Shown piece after piece: positions 9,276 to 20,030 of a DNA stretch of 64,000 nucleotides. A model generated the notes under the pieces. It made no database searches and was not told the DNA's origin. It saw only the letters and a list, made by a program, of their open reading frames with translations. Position 1 is the first letter of the stretch, and each line of letters opens with the position of its first letter. A program made the translations under genes and the position numbers. The stretch is from Candidatus Sumerlaeaceae bacterium (lineage in GTDB: Bacteria > Sumerlaeota > Sumerlaeia > Sumerlaeales > Sumerlaeaceae): positions 37,086 through 101,085 of the forward strand of contig JBPCLP010000016.1 in NCBI GenBank assembly GCA_051003195.1. The letters are read 5' to 3'.

Positions 9276-11825
9276 CTATATTTGGATTGAAGGCGCGTTC
9301 CAAGCAGAAACCGTGCATTTAGTTCCGGCTGCGGCCACTGCGCGGCTGCCTTTCGGCGGCAGGCAGAAGTAACCCTGCTGCAATGAAGTCTCGTCTCCCC
9401 TCACACGTATCATGAGAGCTGGAAAATCGCATTCGTTCTCTATCACCAGCAAACGTTCATCCGTTCGCGCGTGAAGGCTGACCTCCGGTGAATTCAGCAT
9501 GGCTTCAAAGGCAGGCTGCTGCGTTGAAAACACGTATTCGTTTTGTGCAACGATGCCCCCTTTAGAATCCTTCAGCGTCAGGAAGGCTGCTACCGTACCT
9601 GCCTTGGCGGGCAACACCTGCTGCACGCGCTTCGCCATTATAGCCTTGTCGCGGGAGAGATTAATTTGCCCTTCTGCCTCCTGTAGTCTGGCACCCGATA
9701 AATCGTACAACTCGAACCGCCACTGGTACGGCTGCTCCGCTGGCGCGCTGCTGACGGCCCACACCTCCGCGCTCCATTGCTCGCCCGGCTTCCATGTAAG
9801 CCGCTCATAGCGCAGACTGACAGAGGTCGGCGCATATGCCTGCCGCACCCACCAGTACACGGGTTTGCTGGTCAGCAGGTAATCGATCGCGTTCGTGCAA
9901 ACCGCGTTGGGATACGCCTCATTGAATTGCCACGGCAGCACCCCGCTGCATGGTCCGCTGCGCCGTCGATGCGCTTCCACACCATAGCGCAATCCTTCCG
10001 CGTGCAGCCACTGGCTCGCGCGAACGTACGTTTCCAGCTTGTCTATTTTCCCGAACACCTGCTCGATCATCTCGCGCTGCAGCCACCACGACGCATGGTG
10101 CACCCATACCGGGTTCGTGCTATCCGCCGGCCACTGATGCTCCGGCGAGAAGAACTGATGGATTGTCTCAAGGTTCGCCGCGCCTTCGACTCCAAATTCC
10201 GAGTGCAGCAGCGGATCGATCGCATTATAGAGCGCATAGTGATTCTCCAACCCGGCGTATTTCCAGGGGCCGTGCACGTCATGCATTCGCCCAGTGCCGG
10301 CCTTTTCGATCGAAGTGGACCACTCCGGCCCCGACGGCGAGGTTGGCACCCAGGCGCGATCTGGATCCAGCTCCGCGACAACCGATTTAAGCTTCGCCAG
10401 TGCGGGATGTGCATCGGACAAAGGTGTGTAGTCGTCAGCAATCAGTTCATTGCCACCGCACCACACCGCGAAACATGCGTGGTTGCGTCGTTGCGGGATG
10501 ATTTCCCGCGCCCGTTCCTCGATGTATGTGAGGTACGCTTCGTCTTCGGGGGGGCGGTTATCGATTCCGGAAGATGATTGAGGAAACTCCTGCCAGACCA
10601 GGATGCCGAGGCTGTCGCAAAGGTCATAGAATTTTCGCGACTCCTGCAAGCCCCCGCCCCACACACGCAAAAGATTGCAGTGCGCGTGCGCAGCGAGGTT
10701 CAGCGCGCGCTCGTACCGATTCTGTACCGGATGCTGCGCGGGAGGGTTGTCCCCATGGTCGCGGCCATACATATGGTCCATCGGCACCCAGTTCCAGCCG
10801 CGTATCCACAGCCGCTCCCCATTCACCTCCATCGTGTAAGGAAGCGCATCCTTCGCGCCTTCGTTTTGCACCATACGCAGATTGCGCATGCCGATCCGTT
10901 CGGTACGCGTGTCGCTAACCGTGGACCCAGCCAGCACGCTCGTGCGAACCGTATAAAGGTGCTGCTCGCCCATCCCGTTGGGCCACCACAGCTTCGCACC
11001 GGCTACCGATAGCTTTACCTCCGCGACGTGATCCGTTTCTCCCACAACTGGATGCGTCGCTGAGGCTACGATCTTGTCGCCGTCCAGGATTTCGACTCGG
11101 ACTGCCGATGAAGCCATGCCCTCCGCTGCGCCAACCTCCACCCGAGCCTCCACCTCAGCATCGCCATTGTTGTTCACGCGCGGGCGCAGCCACACTTCTT
11201 CAACCCAAAACGGGCCAGTACGCACCAGCGTAACACTGCGGTAAACACCGACCGGAATCAGGCGCGTACACCAGTCCCACCAGTAGGCAAAACGCGATTT
11301 CCAGATGCGCGCCTTGCTCGTGCGGCCAATCTGCCCCTGGACCAGGTCAACCGAGGGCGCGTGCTGCACAACCACCACCAGCCGGTTCTGCTTACCCGCA
11401 CGCACCTTCTGCGTCACGTTGAACTCAAAAGGTGCGAACATGCCCTCGTGTTCGCCCAGCAACTCGCCGTTCAGATAAACGGTACATGCGTAGTCGACAC
11501 CCTCGAAATACAACCGCAACACCTCGCCGCTTGCGAGGTCCGGCCCTGTGAAGTCCTTGCGGTACAGCCAGTCGCGCTCGCTCAGCCATTCACATGCACG
11601 GCTGTTGAGGTCCTTGTACGGGTGCGGGATCAACCCGGCATCGAGCGCATCGGCAATTACATCGCCCGGGACGGTTCCACGAATCCACTGGCCGACCGCG
11701 GGACTGGACTTATCAGCCTCCCAGTCTTCCTTCCATACCTTCTGCTGCTCCCATTCGCGGGGCATCAGCCCAAGTAGCTTCCAGTCGTCTCCGTCCAGCG
11801 GCATCACCAGCACACGCTCATCCAT
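9276..11825 (-). CDS. Glycoside hydrolase family 2, beta-mannosidase-like
   Basis: FEGVDY, WDW, LWWPNG, RGWNWVP, LRVWGGG, CDSLGILVWQEF, WCGGNE, SEFG, WQFNE. Confidence 0.9.
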   Translation of the reverse strand: MDERVLVMPLDGDDWKLLGLMPREWEQQKVWKEDWEADKSSPAVGQWIRGTVPGDVIADALDAGLIPHPYKDLNSRACEWLSERDWLYRKDFTGPDLASGEVLRLYFEGVDYACTVYLNGELLGEHEGMFAPFEFNVTQKVRAGKQNRLVVVVQHAPSVDLVQGQIGRTSKARIWKSRFAYWWDWCTRLIPVGVYRSVTLVRTGPFWVEEVWLRPRVNNNGDAEVEARVEVGAAEGMASSAVRVEILDGDKIVASATHPVVGETDHVAEVKLSVAGAKLWWPNGMGEQHLYTVRTSVLAGSTVSDTRTERIGMRNLRMVQNEGAKDALPYTMEVNGERLWIRGWNWVPMDHMYGRDHGDNPPAQHPVQNRYERALNLAAHAHCNLLRVWGGGLQESRKFYDLCDSLGILVWQEFPQSSSGIDNRPPEDEAYLTYIEERAREIIPQRRNHACFAVWCGGNELIADDYTPLSDAHPALAKLKSVVAELDPDRAWVPTSPSGPEWSTSIEKAGTGRMHDVHGPWKYAGLENHYALYNAIDPLLHSEFGVEGAANLETIHQFFSPEHQWPADSTNPVWVHHASWWLQREMIEQVFGKIDKLETYVRASQWLHAEGLRYGVEAHRRRSGPCSGVLPWQFNEAYPNAVCTNAIDYLLTSKPVYWWVRQAYAPTSVSLRYERLTWKPGEQWSAEVWAVSSAPAEQPYQWRFELYDLSGARLQEAEGQINLSRDKAIMAKRVQQVLPAKAGTVAAFLTLKDSKGGIVAQNEYVFSTQQPAFEAMLNSPEVSLHARTDERLLVIENECDFPALMIRVRGDETSLQQGYFCLPPKGSRAVAAAGTKCTVSAWNAPSIQI

Positions 11826-12097
11826 TCTGCAGGGCCTTCTTTGTATGAGTGTAAATGATCTTAGTTAAAATCCGCTAAACGCGAAGCACGGGCACAACAC
11901 GCAACCAAGAATAATGCGAAGCGACAATATCACGAACCACGGGCGATGCCGTGCTGTCACCGGCAGCCAGGCGTCATGATTCGGCAATGCCCGCTGCTCA
12001 CTCACTCTTATTATCTGATAAATTATGAAGCGGCCGGGATGAAAATTGCTGACAATTGTAGAATCCTTCCGCCTAACCCGCATCAAGGAGTAATGCT

Positions 12098-14164
12098 TTG
12101 CCCGAACTGCCCCTTCCATCGGCAACCATGGAACAGAACGCCGATCCGCTCACCCGTGAACCGGGCGGAGACTCGAATCCTATGCAGTTGAGTAGCAACT
12201 CCACCGCTGTGGGCGCTGCCCAGGTTGCAATACGTGAAAGTGACTGGACCGTCGACGATGCCATAAAGACGTACAACGTCGACAGATGGGGCCTCGGGTA
12301 TTTTGGGATTAACGAGCACGGGCACGTAACCGTAAACCCGCAACGCAACGGCGCCGCCATCGATATTATGGATGTCATAGCCGAAGCGAAAGACCAGGAA
12401 CTCAGGTTTCCGCTCGTCGTGCGCTTCCAGGATCTGTTACGCGACCGGGTAGTCGCGCTGAACACCGCATTTGTCTCCGCAATCGAGGACCTCAAATTCA
12501 ATGGCAAGTACCTGGGTGTTTTCCCAATCAAGGTGAACCAGCTACGCGAAGTCGTTGAGGAGATCGCCGATGCAGGCCGACCGTTTAATTACGGCCTCGA
12601 GGCCGGATCAAAACCAGAGCTCTTCGCAGCGCTTGCCGTTCACGATAACCCCGACGCACTCCTCATCTGCAACGGCTACAAAGACACACAGTACATCAGG
12701 ACCGGCCTGCTCGGAAACCGTCTCGGCAAGAAGGTCATCATGGTCGCCGAGAAAGTCGAAGAGGTCAAAGCCATCGTCACCGTCTCAAAGGAGATGGGTG
12801 TCGAGCCGATCATCGGCATCCGAGTCCGGCTGGGCGCAAAGAGTTCCGGCATCTGGGCGCTTTCGGGCGGCGAGAGCGCCAAATTCGGGCTCAGCACAAT
12901 GGACCTCATGGAAGCCGTTAATTATTTGCGCGAAGCCGGAATGCTGCACGCCTTCAAGCTGGTGCATTATCACATTGGCTCGCAGATACCCGACATCCTG
13001 ACCATCAAACGCGCCACCCGCGAGGGCGCGCGCTACTATGCCAAGCTGCGAAAGATGGGATGTGACGGGCTGGAGTACCTAGACATGGGTGGCGGGCTCG
13101 CAGTCGATTATGACGGCAGCCGCACCAGCTTCCACTCTTCCTCCAACTACACGCTCGACGAATATGCGGCCGACACCATCTACAACATCATGGATGTTTG
13201 CGACGAAGAGAAAGTCGCCCACCCGCACGTAACCAGCGAGAGCGGACGCGCCATCGTGGCGCATCACTCCATGCTGGTCGTCGAGGTATTTGGTTCGATC
13301 GAAAAAACGAAAGCACAATACGATCTCAGTGTCGCTCCCGATGACCACAAATGGGTAAAGCAACTCGCCGAGAGTAACGAGCGCATTCAGATCAACCCCA
13401 CAGAGACGCTGCACGACGTTCAGCAGATCAAGCAGGACAGCCAAAGCGCATTTGACCTCGGCATCCTCGATCTTCGCACAAAGGCCAAGATCGAGACGTT
13501 TTACTGGCACATTGTCGAGGAGATCGTGGAGTTGTTCCACCAGCGTGCGAAAAGCGGCGAACTGGAGCCGGAGGAAATCCCGGAAGACGTTGCCGACCTT
13601 ACCCCGCACATGGCGGACCAGTACGTTTGTAATTTTTCCGTGTTCCAGAGCCTGCTCGATCACTGGGCCCTCGGTCAGCTTTTCCCCATCATGCCGCTGC
13701 ACCGGCTGCACGAGCCGCCCAATGCACAGGGAACGCTTGTCGATATCACGTGCGACTCGGACGGGAAGGTCAGCAAGTTCATTGACCTGAAAGACGTTCG
13801 CCACTCGCTGCCCATGCACACACTACGCGGTGACGAGCCCTACTACATCGGATGCTTCATGACCGGAGCCTACCAGGACATTATGGGCGACCTGCACAAC
13901 CTTTTCGGGCGCGTAAACGAGGCGCACGTGTTCCTCGACGATGACGAAGAGAGTGGCTGGTATGTGGAGGAAACCATTCCGGGGCACTCCATCACACAGG
14001 TCCTTGAGATGGTGCAGTACCACGGCATCGACCTGGCGCGCCGAATGAAAGGTCAGATCGACGAAGCAATTAAAGCCAACACCCTGCGACCCAACGAAGG
14101 AATGAAGCTACTTGCCGAATACGAACGCGGATTGCAGGACCCGACTTACCTGAGGTTCCATTAG
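12098..14164 (+). CDS. speA: Biosynthetic arginine decarboxylase (start uncertain; 12128 or 12182 possible)
   Basis: FPIKVNQ (PLP Lys), GLEAGSKPEL, KFGL, HYHIGSQI, GGGLAVDYDG, ESGRA, DITCDSDG, GAYQDIMGDLHNLFG. Confidence 0.96.
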   Translation: MPELPLPSATMEQNADPLTREPGGDSNPMQLSSNSTAVGAAQVAIRESDWTVDDAIKTYNVDRWGLGYFGINEHGHVTVNPQRNGAAIDIMDVIAEAKDQELRFPLVVRFQDLLRDRVVALNTAFVSAIEDLKFNGKYLGVFPIKVNQLREVVEEIADAGRPFNYGLEAGSKPELFAALAVHDNPDALLICNGYKDTQYIRTGLLGNRLGKKVIMVAEKVEEVKAIVTVSKEMGVEPIIGIRVRLGAKSSGIWALSGGESAKFGLSTMDLMEAVNYLREAGMLHAFKLVHYHIGSQIPDILTIKRATREGARYYAKLRKMGCDGLEYLDMGGGLAVDYDGSRTSFHSSSNYTLDEYAADTIYNIMDVCDEEKVAHPHVTSESGRAIVAHHSMLVVEVFGSIEKTKAQYDLSVAPDDHKWVKQLAESNERIQINPTETLHDVQQIKQDSQSAFDLGILDLRTKAKIETFYWHIVEEIVELFHQRAKSGELEPEEIPEDVADLTPHMADQYVCNFSVFQSLLDHWALGQLFPIMPLHRLHEPPNAQGTLVDITCDSDGKVSKFIDLKDVRHSLPMHTLRGDEPYYIGCFMTGAYQDIMGDLHNLFGRVNEAHVFLDDDEESGWYVEETIPGHSITQVLEMVQYHGIDLARRMKGQIDEAIKANTLRPNEGMKLLAEYERGLQDPTYLRFH

Positions 14165-14171
14165 CGCGGCT

Positions 14172-15254
14172 TCAGTCGAACGGGGTCTGGTCGCTCTGTG
14201 TTTCATCCACACTTTTTACGCGCCCAAGTCCGGGGTCGTAGCAGCATACCCGATTCCTGCCCAGTCGCTTCGCCTCGTACAGTGCCGCGTCAGCTCGCGC
14301 GAAAAGGCGCGCAGGCGTCATATCGAAACCCAGCGGCAGGGTAGAGGCACCGATACTTGCCATGATCCGGATAGCTGAACTGTGTGTGCTCATCGGTTGT
14401 CCACCAATCGCCAGGCGCACACGTTGAGCAACGCGTATGGCATGATCCAGGTCGGTTTCCGGCAGGATGATGCCAAACTCATCGCCACCCAATCGGCCCA
14501 GAAGGTCCGGATCCCGCAGTTTCGAGGCAATACGATCCACCAGCTGCCGCAACACCTCGTCGCCCGCGGCGTGTCCCATTGAATCATTCACTTCCTTGAA
14601 TCCGTCGAGATCCAACATGAGCACGGACAGCGGTCTCCCGTATCGCAACGTGCGGTTCATCTCGATATCCAGCGCCTGGAGGAGCGCCCGTCGATTCAGA
14701 ATACCGGTCAGATCATCGTGCGTAGCTATCTTCTGCAGCAGCCGTTTCTGGTCCTCAAGCTGCGTCATCAATGAGCGCACCCGCAGGTGTGTCTTCAACC
14801 GGGCAAACAGCACCGGATAGTTGAACGGCTTTGTAACGTAATCGTCCGCACCGAATTCCAGGCCGGTAACCTGCGTGCTGCTTTCGTGGCGGGCAGAGAT
14901 CAGCAATACTGGAATCGAGTGGGTGCGCTGCTCGCGCCGCAGCTCCTGCAGGTAAGTCAATCCATCCGTGCCAGGCATGGTAAGATCGAGCAGAATTGCG
15001 TCCGGCGTTCTCTTATCTAAAATGGCCCGGGCCGCGGCAACGCTGGACGCGGAAAGCGGTTCATATCCGCGGGCACCCAGGCGTCGACTCAGCAACTCCC
15101 GACAGTCGGGATCATCGTCCACGACAAGTACGACGAACGGGTGGTCTGGATCGGATGGGACGCTCAGGGCGTGAAGCTGCTGAACTGCTTCGCTCAGAGC
15201 ATTATCGACCTCGGCGTTGTTCATCTCGGGCACAGGCGATGTTCCTTCTGTCAT
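14172..15254 (-). CDS. Response-regulator diguanylate cyclase (REC-GGDEF); start uncertain
   Basis: REC (VDDD, LLDLTMP, KPF); HDDLTG; RxxD I-site RDPD five residues before GGDEF. Confidence 0.92.
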   Translation of the reverse strand: MTEGTSPVPEMNNAEVDNALSEAVQQLHALSVPSDPDHPFVVLVVDDDPDCRELLSRRLGARGYEPLSASSVAAARAILDKRTPDAILLDLTMPGTDGLTYLQELRREQRTHSIPVLLISARHESSTQVTGLEFGADDYVTKPFNYPVLFARLKTHLRVRSLMTQLEDQKRLLQKIATHDDLTGILNRRALLQALDIEMNRTLRYGRPLSVLMLDLDGFKEVNDSMGHAAGDEVLRQLVDRIASKLRDPDLLGRLGGDEFGIILPETDLDHAIRVAQRVRLAIGGQPMSTHSSAIRIMASIGASTLPLGFDMTPARLFARADAALYEAKRLGRNRVCCYDPGLGRVKSVDETQSDQTPFD

Positions 15255-15410
15255 CTGGCCAAGGTTTGTAGTCAGCCCCCGCATGTCAAATGGTGGGGAC
15301 AGCTCACAAAACCTGGACTTGTATCTTACTTTACGTATACCATTTGGTTCGAATTTGTGCGGATCAATTAACATTTAATGCTTCTAAAATGCGGTAGATA
15401 AGGCGCATAG

Positions 15411-16016
15411 ATGCACCTCTCGGATTGCTGTGCAGCCATCCTGGTCGGCGGCGAAAGCAGACGCATGGGACAGCCCAAGGCCCTTGTGAAGCTGCACGCC
15501 AGGCCCCTCGTCAGCCATATAGCAGGAGCACTGGAGCCTGAGTTTGCCGAGCTGGTTATCGTTGGCTCGCTGGTTTTGCAGGGGGAACTCGGGGATGCCT
15601 TCAGGTTTCGTCAGGTACCTGACCGCTTCGAGGATCGCAGTTCCCTCAATGGCGTATTAACCGCAATTCTCGCAAGCTCCACCACCTGGACAGCCATCTT
15701 TGCGTGCGATGCGCCCATGCCGTGCATTCCACTGCTGAGGAAAATGGCCGCCACTGTGGATCACCAAACCGAGGTAGTTCTTTGCAGCGATCCCAACGGC
15801 CAAATGCAGCCATTTCACGCTTTCTGGCGCCGGGACTCTGCGAACGTTCTCACGGAAGCACATCAACACGGAGAACTAAAACTCGCGCAGGTGCTCAAGC
15901 AGCTGAAGTGCAAAGTAATGCCGCCGGAAACCTGGCGTAAATACGATAAGGTGGGTCAGTTTTTACAGAATCTTAACACACCCGCGGAGCTCAGGGAGTT
16001 TCATGCAAATACCTGA
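15411..16016 (+). CDS. mobA: Molybdenum cofactor guanylyltransferase
   Basis: ILVGGESRRMGQPKAL, ACDAP, QPFHAFW, NLNTP. Confidence 0.85.
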   Translation: MHLSDCCAAILVGGESRRMGQPKALVKLHARPLVSHIAGALEPEFAELVIVGSLVLQGELGDAFRFRQVPDRFEDRSSLNGVLTAILASSTTWTAIFACDAPMPCIPLLRKMAATVDHQTEVVLCSDPNGQMQPFHAFWRRDSANVLTEAHQHGELKLAQVLKQLKCKVMPPETWRKYDKVGQFLQNLNTPAELREFHANT

Positions 16017-16433
16017 CTACTGCGCGGAGCCCTTGATGGGCCGAAAGCCGGTCGGTTTGCCCGCACTTTCTTCGTAAATCCAGTGCTCCGGTTTTTCACA
16101 CGCAGAGCCAGGCCGATCCTTCTCGATAAAAAAGATAAATCTTTCGCCGTCCAGCCGAGGCAGTTCGCTGGGGCAATAAACTCCTTCGCGGCTATCGTCC
16201 TTCAACAACTGCAAATCGCGTTCGCAAAGTTCCGCGATGATTTGGTCACCCGTAAACCGGATGCGGCTTTCGTGCGCATCGCGCACCGAAGTAATGCCAT
16301 AACTGAGCACATGAGCTTCACGAGTTCCCGGAAATGCAGTCCGGCTGATGATGGCTCCATCCGCCAAGAGCGTCTCGAGCTCTTTAATCGTTATACGAAA
16401 CCTGACGGAGTTGTCCTGGATTCGGATTTTCAC
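16017..16433 (-). CDS. Conserved hypothetical protein (MKIRIQDNSVRFR.../IEKD family)
   Basis: The ORF fills the gap between genes. Its N-terminus and IEKD motif resemble a widespread uncharacterised family. Confidence 0.7.
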   Translation of the reverse strand: MKIRIQDNSVRFRITIKELETLLADGAIISRTAFPGTREAHVLSYGITSVRDAHESRIRFTGDQIIAELCERDLQLLKDDSREGVYCPSELPRLDGERFIFFIEKDRPGSACEKPEHWIYEESAGKPTGFRPIKGSAQ

Positions 16434-16541
16434 AGTTTGTAGTTTTCTTCAGACATATGCACTTCGTTAATCTACCGTCCATCTGCTCTTTCAGTCGGGC
16501 GAAGAAACCCCTGGGTACGTCGCGAGCCCCGACAGCGCCTC

Positions 16542-18443
16542 TCACGTGCCGGCCCGTGTGGCCAGTTCTTCCCAGCGTACAATTGCTGCCTCGAGACGTT
16601 TTCCTAAGTCCATCTGCTCATGAGTCAGCTCCTGCAGGCGCATGTAATCGGTTGCTGCTGCTGCAATTTCAATTTCGAGCTGCTGCTGGCGCTCTTCCCA
16701 CGCAGGAATATTCTTCTCAAGATCTGCCAGCTCGCGCTGCTCCTTGAACGACAGCTTTCTGGATGTTGTTGCGCCGACGACAACAGAAGCAACGGCGGGT
16801 GCCGCCGAGGGCATTTTGCTGGTTGGTGACACTGTAGCTTCCCGCTGCTCGTGCATTTGCTGGTAAACGGAGTAATCCCCTGGATAATCTCTTATCCTGC
16901 CGCCCGGCTCGATTGCGAGCACATGTTCGATCGTCCGGTTCAGGAAATACCTGTCGTGGCTCACGACAAGCAGACAGCCGGCAAAGTCGTCCAAAAAATC
17001 CTCCAGCGCCTGCAACGTCGCAATATCCAGGTCGTTAGTCGGTTCGTCGAGGATCAGGAAATTAGGATCCTTCATAAGTACCTGCACCAGGTGCAGCCGC
17101 CGCTTCTCTCCGCCAGAAAGCTTGGCGATGTCCTGATAGAGCATCTGCGTTGTGAAGCCGAAGCGCTCCATCATGCGTTCTGCGGAAAGGATGGCGCGAT
17201 CTGCTGCGCGCAGGTACTCGCCCCCGGTGCGCTTTACAAAATCCAGCGCGCGCTCACCACCCTCGAGTTCACTACTCTCCTGGTCAAACAGGCCAAAGTG
17301 CACCGTGCTGCCGACTTCGATCTTGCCGTCATCCTGCCTCACGCCGCCGGTAATCAGGTTCACCAGCGTCGACTTGCCCGCGCCGTTCGGCCCAATAAGA
17401 CCAACGCGCTCACCCGGGGGAAACGTGTAGGTAAAATCATCGATGACCCGCTTATGCCCGAACGACTTTGAGACATTCTCCATCTCAACGATCTTGGACC
17501 CGAGCCGGCGTGTTCCCGATTCAAATTTCAGTGCGTCCGCTTTTCGGCCGGGCACCGCGGCCTGCATTTCTCCGATCCTATCAATGCGGTGTTTCTCTTT
17601 AGTTCGGCGTGCGCGCGCGCCTCGGCTCAGCCAGTCCATCTCCTTGCGCAGAATGCTGCGGGCTCGTTCATTTGCGCGGACTTCTGATGCGGCCTGCTCC
17701 AGTTTTCTTCCCAGGTAGTAGCTGAAATTACCGTCGTAGCTGAGAAGCCGGCCGCTCTCCAGCTCGATGATGCGCCGCGTAACGCGATCCAGGAAATAGC
17801 GGTCGTGCGTGACCACAAGCAAAGCCCCGGGCATCCGCTTGAGATAGTTCTCCAGCCACGCTATCGTGTCCGCATCGAGGTGATTCGTCGGTTCGTCCAG
17901 GATCAGCAGGTCGGCCTCGGCCAGTAGCGCGCGTGCCAGTGCCAGGCGCTTGCGGTAGCCACCTGAGAGTTTGCCTACCTTCACAGTAAGGTCGCGCACG
18001 CCAAGCTTTCCCAACACCACACGAGCCCGACTCTCATACTCCCACGCCTGCAGCGCGTCCATTCGTTGGGAAAGCTCGTCCAGCTGTTGAAGCTTTCCTG
18101 CGTCCTCCGGACTCGCTTCCAGTTCTAGAAGAACCCGTTCGTATTCACCCACGGTATCGGCCAGGTTTGTGTGCGCGAAGAAGACGTATTGCAGCACCGT
18201 GTGGTCCGGGTCGAAAGCCGGGTTTTGCGCGGCGTACTGCACTCGCACTCCCTGGCGCAAAACAACCTGCCCGGTATCCGGCTTCTCTCCGCCGGAAAGC
18301 ACCTGAAGCAGGGTGGACTTTCCGCTTCCATTGGCGCCGATCAGCCCGACCCGGTCATCATCTTCGATACCGAATGAGATTCCACGAAATAATTCCTTAA
18401 TTCCGTGGGACTTCGAAATTTCCTGGGCCGAAAGAAGATTCAT
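16542..18443 (-). CDS. ABC-F family ATPase (Uup-like)
   Basis: Two ABC domains (GANGSGKST/LSGG/LDEPTN; GPNGAGKST/LSGGE/LDEPTN), no TM segments, C-terminal RKLSFKEQREL coiled coil. Confidence 0.93.
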   Translation of the reverse strand: MNLLSAQEISKSHGIKELFRGISFGIEDDDRVGLIGANGSGKSTLLQVLSGGEKPDTGQVVLRQGVRVQYAAQNPAFDPDHTVLQYVFFAHTNLADTVGEYERVLLELEASPEDAGKLQQLDELSQRMDALQAWEYESRARVVLGKLGVRDLTVKVGKLSGGYRKRLALARALLAEADLLILDEPTNHLDADTIAWLENYLKRMPGALLVVTHDRYFLDRVTRRIIELESGRLLSYDGNFSYYLGRKLEQAASEVRANERARSILRKEMDWLSRGARARRTKEKHRIDRIGEMQAAVPGRKADALKFESGTRRLGSKIVEMENVSKSFGHKRVIDDFTYTFPPGERVGLIGPNGAGKSTLVNLITGGVRQDDGKIEVGSTVHFGLFDQESSELEGGERALDFVKRTGGEYLRAADRAILSAERMMERFGFTTQMLYQDIAKLSGGEKRRLHLVQVLMKDPNFLILDEPTNDLDIATLQALEDFLDDFAGCLLVVSHDRYFLNRTIEHVLAIEPGGRIRDYPGDYSVYQQMHEQREATVSPTSKMPSAAPAVASVVVGATTSRKLSFKEQRELADLEKNIPAWEERQQQLEIEIAAAATDYMRLQELTHEQMDLGKRLEAAIVRWEELATRAGT

Positions 18444-18581
18444 TAATAGTAGAAGCGCGATCTGCTACAGGAGCACATCAACCGCATTCCCGCTCATGAA
18501 ATGATTGCGTGAACGATTCGTGCCGCACAGCGTGCCCCCAAATCAATGGCCGCCGATGGCGGACTTGGGGTAATACACGGT

Positions 18582-20012
18582 ATGGCAGAGACATTGACCG
18601 GGGCGGAACCCGGTACATTTCGGGCTGATAAGGATGCACTCGGCGAGGTGCAGGTGCCCGCCGATCACCTGTGGGGCGCGCAGACGCAGCGCTCGACTGT
18701 AAACTTTGCGATCGGGGTAGGCAGATTCGTGTGGGGCCGCCCGGTGATACGTGCGCTGGGAATCCTGAAGAAGGCCTGCGCCCTCGCAAATGGCGCACTG
18801 GGGCAATTGCCAAAGGAGAAGGTCGACCTGATCGTTCGCGCGGCGGACGAGGTCATCCAGGGCCAGCTCGACACCGAATTTCCACTCGTAGTGTGGCAAA
18901 CCGGTTCCGGCACGCAGTCGAACATGAATGCAAACGAGGTCATCGGGAACCGCGCGATCCAGCTTGCAGGCGGGCTTGTCGGCAGCAAAACGCCGATTAA
19001 CCCAAACGACGACGTGAACCGCGGGCAATCGAGTAATGACACGTTTCCGACAGCCATGCACATCGCGACGGTCGAGCAGCTGCAACGTGTACTTCTCCCG
19101 GCTGTGCGGCAACTGCACGACACGTTCGCGGCTAAGAGCAGCGAATTCAAAAATGTGATCATGGTCGGTCGCACACATCTGCAGGATGCAACGCCGGTAA
19201 CGCTGGGACAGGTAATAGGCAGTTGGGCAGCCCAGCTTCACCAGGCCATCGATACAATCGGCCGGTCAATACCCGGTGTGTGCGAACTCGCCATCGGCGG
19301 CACCGCCGTCGGCACCGGCCTCAACGCGCACCCCATGTTCGGCGAAGTTGCGTCGAGATATATCGCGCAGGAAACCGGGCTTCCGTTCGTCTCGGCAGCA
19401 GATAAATTCGCCGCGCTTTCCGCGCATGATGCCATGGTGAACGTGAGCGCAGCTCTTCGTACGCTGGCGGGCGCCATGATGAAAATCGCAAACGATGTTC
19501 GCTGGTACGCGAGCGGCCCGCGCGCAGGCATCGGCGAACTAAAGATCCCGGAGAATGAGCCAGGGTCTTCGATCATGCCCGGCAAAATAAACCCGACGCA
19601 GAGCGAAGCTGTGACCATGATTGCAGTGCAGGTGTTCGGCAACGATGCAGCAGTTGCTTTTGCCGGATCGCAGGGCAATTTTCAGCTTAACGTCTTCAAG
19701 CCCGTCATGCTGCACAACGTGCTCGAGAGCATCGAATTGCTGGCAGACGGCTGCCGCGCATTTAACGATTACTGCGCTGTGGGAATCGAGCCGAACCACG
19801 AAATTATAAAGCGGCATCTCGAAGAAAGCCTCATGCTGGTCACCGCGCTCAACACACACATTGGCTACGACAAATGCGCGAAAATTGCCCTCATGGCGCA
19901 TCGCGAGGGCAGCAGCCTGAAAGAGACAGCGCTAAAACTCGGCTATGTCACCAGTGAGCAGTTTGATGCGTGGGTGAAGCCTGAAGAGATGACGCGGCCG
20001 CTGGATGTGTGA
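18582..20012 (+). CDS. fumC: Class II fumarate hydratase
   Basis: [47 protein letters not shown]. Confidence 0.97.
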   Translation: MAETLTGAEPGTFRADKDALGEVQVPADHLWGAQTQRSTVNFAIGVGRFVWGRPVIRALGILKKACALANGALGQLPKEKVDLIVRAADEVIQGQLDTEFPLVVWQTGSGTQSNMNANEVIGNRAIQLAGGLVGSKTPINPNDDVNRGQSSNDTFPTAMHIATVEQLQRVLLPAVRQLHDTFAAKSSEFKNVIMVGRTHLQDATPVTLGQVIGSWAAQLHQAIDTIGRSIPGVCELAIGGTAVGTGLNAHPMFGEVASRYIAQETGLPFVSAADKFAALSAHDAMVNVSAALRTLAGAMMKIANDVRWYASGPRAGIGELKIPENEPGSSIMPGKINPTQSEAVTMIAVQVFGNDAAVAFAGSQGNFQLNVFKPVMLHNVLESIELLADGCRAFNDYCAVGIEPNHEIIKRHLEESLMLVTALNTHIGYDKCAKIALMAHREGSSLKETALKLGYVTSEQFDAWVKPEEMTRPLDV

Positions 20013-20030
20013 AATCTCCGGAGGAATACA